A stretch of DNA of 37,242 nt from Thermoplasmatota archaeon (GTDB lineage Archaea; Thermoplasmatota; Poseidoniia; Poseidoniales; Poseidoniaceae): assembly GCA_036021875.1 (NCBI GenBank), contig JAYXVG010000001.1:1-37242 (forward strand). The letters run 5' to 3'. Under the pieces are notes generated by a model. It was not told the origin of the DNA and searched no databases. It was given only the letters and a program-made list of their open reading frames with translations. Of the stretch, positions 12,301 through 17,300 are shown one piece after another (the stretch's first letter is position 1; each line of letters begins with the position of its first letter). A program made the translations under genes and the position numbers.

Positions 12301-12949
12301 ACTTGAAGGGTGGCAGATTACCCCAACAACTAGCACATTGACGATCTCAAAAGATGGTCAGAGAACTCAACAGTTTTCCATATTTGCACCAGAATCATTC
12401 ACTGAAGGTGAAATTCAAGCAACTGTTACTGTTACCAGTGAAGATGGACAAACCTCTGAAACTATTATTGTAGATATTCAATCTGCAAAGATTGCACTCT
12501 CAGTTGACCAGACTCTGTCCCAAGAACTAACCAAGGTCTACGAAAGTCAGCCAGGTCAACTTGTTGTTCCAGTATCAAACACAGGTTACAGAACAGCTAG
12601 CACAGTCCTAGTTTCGGTAAATCTAACCAACGATGCCGGAAATGAAGTCATCCAAATAATTGGTAACCAGACTATTAGCGTTGGAGCGGGACAGACAGTT
12701 AATGCAACATTTGTTCTTGATGAATCAACAAAGAAGTTCAATCGATTTGCAATTACTGTTGATGTTCTTGGCGAGGATGCTTCATCTGTCGATGATACTG
12801 TCGAACCATTTGACTATCAGGAAGAGACCATCCTTGACACATCAGAACCTACATCAGCATGGTTTATGATCGTAATAATCGCTTTAACTATCCTTGTTGG
12901 TTACGGCGGACTCAAGGTTGCCCGCAATAAGGGATCAACGCGATTCTAG
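3371..12949 (+). CDS. aglB: Giant membrane/surface protein: extra polytopic N-module + complete AglB/STT3 oligosaccharyltransferase core + ~2000 aa Ig-like/CarboxypepD_reg-like and CARDB/NEW3-like repeats + C-terminal TM anchor
   Basis: Single open frame of 3192 aa. STT3 motifs in order: GGSDPWYMKR (Asp at 4646-4648), YPLGG..PRPPLF, ALADHDAF, GTVAEAN (TVAE 5609-5620), WWDYG (6278-6292), SVSDNFQSG. Tail repeats include VTGSVSMSDNGEPLPGVRLLIERD, IGGKIFWDFNENGVVDITE, FSFTLTNTGNGDDTYSIEL and VPVSNTGYRTASTVLVSVNLTN. It ends with AWFMIVIIALTILVGYGGLKVARNKGSTRF. The start is uncertain: GTG 3371 (agagg 7 nt upstream), ATG 3413, or ATG 3428 (gaggg 8 nt upstream). Confidence 0.85.
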   Translation: MANLLQPLGCREIPMREIKMEEKTLTLRNSPAPMLGWLIAPLAVMLAIAAIMVAGIDFDLELNNMTPMLVVGVGAILGITPRVLKETGAVKLSSSAFSLATLGAVLIGHQAIIHLTDFGAFTALQFLVVAFGVFFFDSRGRHEIATILTFAMMGINVGMVAVGHYNDILDPNYKIGDTLIPQALDFQRQALGYVFFSYLTIFIGLGLLLSVALRGIINPETSEGWFGKISPVNGGYNTATLPLQIATLAWILAHVGSLYHFESVSMADKLGIFYEEGYHGHFGFWGAFFTGVVAMIVAGMASERWYTRSMFIGSMWLLYLVSSWYESGMWEAEQLEGTWGALIWLGFTFFLCVGIYMISTHEKYGGWSNLDDHEISGARKFWNEHWSSLMVGAAFFFALVIRVQWYIIPSMNAFGTGTWDMTGGSDPWYMKRIVDYILANNAHLIFDADRSYPLGGVNPRPPLFTWSIALVSMLLEPMLGEDAIWYAILGLPAIFGALTVFPIAAIAKDNFGKSTGVVAAWLIAFMPAHVSHSTWALADHDAFVMLFISMGFMFWFKAIKHSGNERLTKSTSPRISSILRSFSVVATEKRAAMSYAVLAGISFGVTSLAWKGFIVGPSILFLAYFVQVALNMFRRKDSTTINALFLAMLFSNLLMALPFYGHPQLALVLDGTGLQPFLFVLGFTLAISYVTTGFRDKPWLLVLGTLFASAMVFFTILFVLKQLEISNAWDVLFTGSGYFTKTKIFGTVAEANAPDRGQLFAQLGPIVLVLALTMGFYSIYSTFRNKNQSHLFFGIWIFTAGYMSWTAARFMFNATPAVAVLGAWGIVALWDKANWRGLVRTWKKFGIRTPADRIAGARRAVWKTPSFSAILLIILLLGGQQFTYGLDSAIPGTDRSENELDEDIYNLIPDALRWELAGFSVLDSSAYTGNWYLGSFGSGFNDEGWNKAYDWLSQQDTEMPYSQRPAFVSWWDYGFQALDTGEHPSVSDNFQSGIPATGNMLLARSQTDLVSMFIWQLATGDLRYNQINTGDYQLTNGFSNKVANSGLSTEQIDLFNTIQESQDFDEMKQLIDDYAFTVIQTNEASQVQQNSVNMMATGHHRVNGIADTDTTYYRLYQDSERIICDPEVSTSCVDGDWEDYEEANQTFNNNVRSGQETNYDTTHYIFGDYFYTNDLRDEFDSVSTHIHRHNTRLAMTVQLLNDIMTSSEIVDFYDDLIGMESYYSVQDYDGLPGDMISRDHEIRYFAIDNRLYPKAGRYTADYDYNFGQPMGIFGAPTILSGQDISTFMGEVYETSRGDRNFEMTREEVDESMTNDFLDQQAGLDIDPLQVQDVRVDHHPEFFETMLARTYVGYGASSLGIDTAFSNPQPAQRFDQGGSPNSILQNAPPLPGAMMNHFVIANWYDEDSNSTFDANARVKIVKYYSGAEVTGSVSMSDNGEPLPGVRLLIERDAFSGEDEIDTDESTYWIPIGFTDADENGEWSFLAPAGKIRVSAFVGTYDPEPARATFNDGSYAQLLSSDLTSETTEDRQINAITAILGNVANMTWLGETHYNVTGEQANRTEAFTETMDIEVDSSGISGQLTWVGDDLFNGQPIVDTTLVLRNIHETSDNVTLVTTNGSFSTDETRIIQGTGQAIFTENGTFESEGLASVFDFHGTFTRTISDGRTYVANGTWNGTGDIKASWINLSSDFDIDCNVDENNSANITMPVNQTICLKDDTGDLPVYMLDGEIVANGRFTSLGDTILVQEHDGASFEGIGFYEGTGTFNGTGRFVGSGTFSGEMVNPGSFYQTGMVPGEYEAYARLDNGREVLLPETVSVGINNEFGLTLSMPGSLIIGNLTNTTGGVLSNTSFEIIDTLTEDSQPITVTSNETGGYKYGPVSSGEYEYRIDLDSDGFYEVSGELFVGDETELLEPLGLIPDMYDITVTLVSPQDDNGQNLVETNLQNFTLTNEIGVVETYESSAEGTINMELNVGTYTIEQVGLDDYYLYSSFTISDEDLSIDIDYSPASTISGTILAYTVEFDENWTADDIAANTTNAQNLDVNFVSGDVIFATVTDSEGNFTIVVPGDLDYVMKAATTANTYGVGLVVEPNSAADFNLGEVYLQRLYTISGTLILTNTNSTWNGLDYRGVSPTIVATDSNNVDWEAEVTSSGTFVLNLASGVYDFAASESEYNISSLEGKEISNTIQSNTVELKSTLEPTSFDISVCLVSDKNGNCETGIPKYANIELISSSNSSVVYELSEADFDEFGMTSVEVLPGVYTIQTNYTEAGDQNATDFNMFFTTQEIFVSMFEEDNVEFFIELNDERLFNGKLTAGADNFSNVQFLLYNESNNQWLSAVTDNFGNFNEYIPSGDWLIIVSPQEIENTTYTLRHPITIDDDLSVRTDISLALFEAVNVNMTLIESMTDNFVDNARVIAVSNDGYGNVTLGASNLSGYVSDTIMPGSWTLTLTKETSDKKWTIQQDDYVFDATQEGDVNLGEVMIDLEVLIGGKIFWDFNENGVVDITETIENASVTISSSDEMTTYDVATDAFGVWSQMVPIMDTYNVTVEKSGYSTGYYLTNETDGLIIESDSVTEDLSIVADNVLVSGVVTSVMQDQAASLTDSTITLYPESGRDTSPIDVVGTYSNGELVWTANVEPGNWIVVVESTIKDENTGGISIGYINAGVEEGGELEMVMSSGGYLHLDTTWQDIELNQHHAGSSSSGIGMLTDDVQVTIDTGLDAAWNYTVETDGSLELLLPVGDFQLSSEFTTIQHDRLLEMDYSGNSFGVVEQGIIDVTMSYTRALNSAASVSVNQSSITNATLIETTMLTPIINESGYDVIEFDLDIVYEGTETSDVLTIGGSTLSSADSEDWNVEVLDGENWTNSREITLGIGESIEDDTVSNSTTVKMRITLPNVNSSLSLDNGHLVKVEVSSESGVSGKTELRVKVPQYYGMEISNAVTETGVSPGGSGSFSFTLTNTGNGDDTYSIELADNLLEGWQITPTTSTLTISKDGQRTQQFSIFAPESFTEGEIQATVTVTSEDGQTSETIIVDIQSAKIALSVDQTLSQELTKVYESQPGQLVVPVSNTGYRTASTVLVSVNLTNDAGNEVIQIIGNQTISVGAGQTVNATFVLDESTKKFNRFAITVDVLGEDASSVDDTVEPFDYQEETILDTSEPTSAWFMIVIIALTILVGYGGLKVARNKGSTRF

Positions 12950-12986
12950 ACAATACATTAAATGCCAAGCAGGCAAAGTTCCTGCT

Positions 12987-12991
12987 GGTGA
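12987..12991 (+). promoter_or_regulatory. Shine-Dalgarno (GGTGA) for the subtilase gene
   Basis: ggtga lies 4 nt before ATG 12996, supporting that start over the TTG at 12894, which overlaps the giant ORF. Confidence 0.45.
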
Positions 12992-12995
12992 GGGC

Positions 12996-14210
12996 ATGGG
13001 TAGTCTAGATACTGTAGAATTACTTCCTGAGCCTGATGATGACAGAATACTGTCAGCCATAGACCCATCAGCTGTAGGGTTTCAAGACGACTGGCGTGCA
13101 GAAGTAACCGGATGGGCGCCAGCAATACCAACTCCAATAAAGCGCGTCAGAGGTAGGCGATTCATCGTTACAAATGGCATTTTGTTTGCTATTCTGGCAG
13201 TACTCTTACTATGGGTCTGGCAATCTGGTTACTTGTTGGTGGATTTGCCACCACCAAAGTCTGAGTGGGCCGCAAAACAGGCAGGATTTACCGATGAATC
13301 ACTAGGTGGACTAACTGGTGACGGTGTTAGAGTTTGTATAGTTGATACTGGAATGGATTTATCTAACCCTGCTTTTAACGGGGTTGAAATTGTGTTCAAA
13401 GATATGATCGGTAACTCGGCTACGCCAGTTGATTATGGATTTTTGGCGCATGGAACACTAATGGCTGGATTATTAGTCGCTCAATCACATCAGATTGGTA
13501 TGGCTCCGAATATAGAACTTGGAATGGTTGCAGCATTGGGAGACGATGGCACTGGAAAGAATACCGCTGATGAAAGCGACGTAGCGCAAGCTATTGACTG
13601 GTGTATCGATATGTTCAGTGCCGACATTATTTCTCTATCACTGGGCGGCTCACAAAGCGAGGGGATGACTCGAGAGGGACCGTCTGTATCTGTAACTAGA
13701 AAGGCTGTGGACATGGGGATTTATGTCGTAGCAGCTGCAGGTAACGATGGTGGCACTGGTGATGATGGCAAGGTATCAGTACCTAGTAATGTAGCTAGGG
13801 CTATTTCGGTGGGTGCATCAAAACAAGGTGGTCAAGTTTGGGAGAATAGTTCAATGGGTTCTCAAGTTTTGTCGAATGGTGAACAGAGAAGCGACCCTAA
13901 CTTAAAACCAGAAATAATTGCACCTGGTGAGTTCATTATCAGCACCGGAAGGGGGGATACCTGGTACTCCAGTAGCGGAACTTCGGATGCTACCGTGTTT
14001 GTAACTGCCGCTTTGGCCCTAATTTTGGAAGACCAACCAAATCTAAAACCCAACACCAATTCTGATGGTTCTTGCATTGACACAGTAAAGGAGGCTCTGC
14101 GATTAAGCACTACTAATGGTGGCGAAAACCACGATAATTCGGCTGGCTATGGAGAACTCCATGCAGGAAACTGGTTGGAAGCGGTTAGAAATTTACCAGA
14201 ATGCCAGTGA
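12996..14210 (+). CDS. Membrane-anchored subtilisin-like serine protease (peptidase S8)
   Basis: Catalytic triad in subtilase order and context: VCIVDTGMD (Asp 13344-13346), LAHGTLMAG (His 13449-13451), SSSGTSDATV (Ser 13983-13985). One N-terminal hydrophobic helix (FIVTNGILFAILAVLLLWVW) acts as a signal-anchor. Start moved to ATG 12996 (M35 of the track ORF). Confidence 0.85.
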   Translation: MGSLDTVELLPEPDDDRILSAIDPSAVGFQDDWRAEVTGWAPAIPTPIKRVRGRRFIVTNGILFAILAVLLLWVWQSGYLLVDLPPPKSEWAAKQAGFTDESLGGLTGDGVRVCIVDTGMDLSNPAFNGVEIVFKDMIGNSATPVDYGFLAHGTLMAGLLVAQSHQIGMAPNIELGMVAALGDDGTGKNTADESDVAQAIDWCIDMFSADIISLSLGGSQSEGMTREGPSVSVTRKAVDMGIYVVAAAGNDGGTGDDGKVSVPSNVARAISVGASKQGGQVWENSSMGSQVLSNGEQRSDPNLKPEIIAPGEFIISTGRGDTWYSSSGTSDATVFVTAALALILEDQPNLKPNTNSDGSCIDTVKEALRLSTTNGGENHDNSAGYGELHAGNWLEAVRNLPECQ

Positions 14211-14218
14211 AGTGTTAG

Positions 14219-14225
14219 TTTTTTT
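14219..14225 (+). terminator. Oligo-T tract (7 T), candidate archaeal intrinsic terminator after the subtilase gene
   Basis: ttttttt begins 9 nt after the TGA at 14208-14210, at the start of the only sizeable AT-rich spacer in the block (14211-14343). Confidence 0.35.
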
Positions 14226-14259
14226 AATTTCATTAGCAACTTTTCTTAATGATACTATT

Positions 14260-14310
14260 AATTTATTTTGATATTATTAAAAAAAGCAATGTTACCGCAG
14301 TATTATATTC
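14260..14310 (+). promoter_or_regulatory. AT-rich spacer with TATA-like elements, candidate promoter of the beta-helix/STAND gene pair
   Basis: atttattttgatattattaaaaaaagc ... tattatatt; several TATA-like octamers 30-80 nt upstream of ATG 14344. I cannot tell which one is used. Confidence 0.3.
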
Positions 14311-14332
14311 TTGCATTGGATAGCCTATGTTA

Positions 14333-14338
14333 GAGGAG
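14333..14338 (+). promoter_or_regulatory. Shine-Dalgarno (GAGGAG) for the beta-helix surface protein
   Basis: gaggag lies 5 nt upstream of ATG 14344, supporting that start rather than the TTG at 14311. Confidence 0.45.
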
Positions 14339-14343
14339 TGATT

Positions 14344-17300
14344 ATGTCTTCTAATCTAAAGAAAAAAAGCGTATCAATGATAGTCTTGATGTTCATGTCT
14401 GTCATGTTATCAATGATTACCGTGCCCGCAGTATCTGCCGCTGGTATTAATCAGACTACAGAAGGATTACTCAACGGACAAGAGACATGGACGGGTACCC
14501 ACACTCTTACTGGGAATGTAACCGTTGCTCCTGGTGCAACTCTAGTAGTAAACGCTGGTTCAACAATCAACATACCATACGGTAAGCACATCGATGTCAG
14601 GGGAGCTATATGTGTTGGTTCTAGGGCATGCGGCGCACCATCAGATGGTTCACCAAGTGATGCAGTCAGTTTCACATGGAGCCTTCCCTCAGAGTCAGAG
14701 TATCTAGCGAGGGGGCCTTGCTACGGAAGCATAGATGCTGCTTGTGGATCAGGGATGATTATCCGAAATACGATAGATGAAGCAAAAACAGGTCTTAATT
14801 TTGTCAATTTTGAAAATGCCTTTGGCTACGAATACATCTACTTTGTAGGTGGCAATCCAAATGCAAAATACGCTGCATTAATTTTCGATGGTCCAAGAAC
14901 AACTGCTAATGGCCTGACTTTTACCAATACAAACACTTCAAATGTTTTCTTGACCAATTTGGCAAACCCAACAATCTCAGATTCAACATTTAGTCTGGGT
15001 GTAGATGCATATTCTTTGGGCATGCGAAGTGCAATTGATGCCCTCGGAGCGGGTGCTGGTATTTCAGACCCAGTGATTATTTCTGGTTCTTCATTCACTG
15101 GTGACTCTGAGGGCTCATGCGGTAATAGTGGCTCGGGAATACAGATGATTTATGCTGATAATTCATACATTGCTATTGACGATATCTCCATAAATGACAA
15201 TGGTTATGGAGTATTTTTCAAACAATCCTCAGGCTCAATTACAAATTCTGTTATCGACATCAATTGTAACGCTGTTAATACCAATGGTTTCAAGCAAACT
15301 GGTAGTATAAAGCACACTTTGGTAATTGACGACAATACTTTGACAACCTCTGAAGGGGCAGGTATAACTGCTTACGATCAAGCAAGAATTTCAGCATCAA
15401 GAAATACAATTTCTGGTGCAGAGCAAGGTTCGGGAATCGCTATACGTTCCTCTACTGCGGATTTGTACGACAACAACATAGGTCCAATTCAAGGATATAA
15501 TGGGTTGTGGATTTATGGCACGTCAGAGGTTAGAGCAATCGGCAATCGAATTACTAATACTGGAGCAGAGGCCGTAGTTCACGGCGAGTACCATTACCGT
15601 GACAGTGGATGGCCGAGCATTCAACCCTCAGAATCTAGGCTCTACTTAGAAAATAACGTGATAGAAAACAACTCCGGTATCTGCAATTCTGAGAATACTT
15701 ATGGGGGCGATGACTTCCAGTGTCCAGCAATTCATATCTTCCGTGCTTCAGCAACAATATACAACAACGTAGTAAAAGGAAACCTCGGAGATGCTCTCAG
15801 AATCAAGGGCGGTATAGTTAACGTTCAAAATAACGATATGCAAACGGAAAGTTTTGCCGTGAATATATCACATCATGACACAAACTATGGCGAAAAATTC
15901 GGCTCAATCGGATACTTCTCGGGTAACACATTTACCGGTGCACTACAAGTATACAACATTACAGAGTCTATGGTAACCATTCAATCTGAGAATATTCCAG
16001 CACCCGGGGGCAATGAACTCTACCCAATCAACTTACAATGGTTAGGTGCAGAATGCCCTGATGTTCAAAATGAATGTCTAAAATTACCCAATACAGCAAA
16101 TATGCCACCAGAAGGTATGCCTATGGCCTTGGAATTGGTTAACAACTCTACAGTTCTATCATATGCCGGTTTGCAAAATTTTGATGTCTCAAAAATACAC
16201 GTCAAAAACCAACAATCTGCATGGGGTAATCAAGTTAGAGAAGGCGAGTTGGTTAAATTCAGAGTCAAAGCCTCAAATGTTGATGTAGAGGGTGCCACTG
16301 TAATTATCAAGGACGCTATTGGTACACCTTTGTACACATTGACTACTAATGCACAAGGCTACACTGACGAGGTCACCCTAGCCAGTAATTTCTACCTAGA
16401 TCGAAATCTGAACCATGCTGTTGGGGAAAGTAATGTCCAGGTTCAACTAGCTAATGCATCTGGTGGCCCACCCATTATCAGGACATTAGACGAGAATACC
16501 TGCTCAGATGGTTACGATAATGATGGTGATACACTCACAGATGATGCTGACGACGACTGTATCGGTGGCAGAGAAATACCTCAATATAAAGTTGAGGCGT
16601 TTAAATTTGGTAAGGGAGTTCTAGAATACGATTTCGTATTAACAGGTCCAGTTGATGATATCATATCATTACAAAATATGGCGCCTAGTGTGACAGTTGA
16701 GCAACCGGAGCTTACTTCATTTGCCCGCGTTGTTTCCCTCTCAGGAACTGCTTGGGACGGGGAAGCACCACCATATGCAAGTGACGTAATCGCTCAGCAG
16801 AAACAATTTGGCTATGTTGAAGCGGTTCAAGTACAACCACCGGGTTCAGATCTTTGGTTGAATGCAATAGATACATCCAACTCCGGCGGAGAGATTACTC
16901 AAGCAAGTTATCCATTCAGCACTTGGGCATTTGAATATGATATGTCTGAATACGCTGATGGAGAGGGAGATGTTACTTTCAGAGTCCGTTCCTTTGATGG
17001 ATTGGAATATTCACCAATTACAGTTAAAAAATACAAACTAAATTTACAGGCTCCGTCGATAGTAGTCAATACCCCAGCCCAAAATTCCCAACATGATCCA
17101 AACTCTCCCAAAGGCTCAGTGGTATCTTTCAGCGGAACGGCCAGCGACCCATACTTTGGAGTTAATGGAAATGACATCAAGGAAATATGGTTCGAAATAA
17201 CCGAAGATTCCAATCCCCAATTCACCTCCAAATTTGCGCTTACAGCTTCACCTGGTGAGACATTGTCTGCCTGGCAATATGACTGGGATTATCGGACATA

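Noticed and set aside
12856-12949. C-terminal anchor of the giant protein, examined as a PGF-CTERM/archaeosortase or other sorting signal
   Set aside because: There is no PGF (or VPXXXP, PEF, PIP) tripeptide before the helix, only a plain TM plus basic tail. The beta-helix protein has a long tail after its TM, and the TSP3 giant has no anchor. No sortase-type signal is supported.
12894-12995. TTG-initiated 5' extension of the subtilase ORF, overlapping the end of the giant gene by 56 nt
   Set aside because: The in-frame ATG at 12996 has a GGTGA SD 4 nt upstream and lies beyond the giant gene's stop. The extension encodes no recognisable signal.
17189-17196. ggttcgaa T-loop-like octamer (also near 33755), checked as a possible tRNA
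   Set aside because: It is embedded in the reading frame of large CDSs, with no acceptor or anticodon stem complementarity around it. No tRNA or rRNA was found anywhere in the window.
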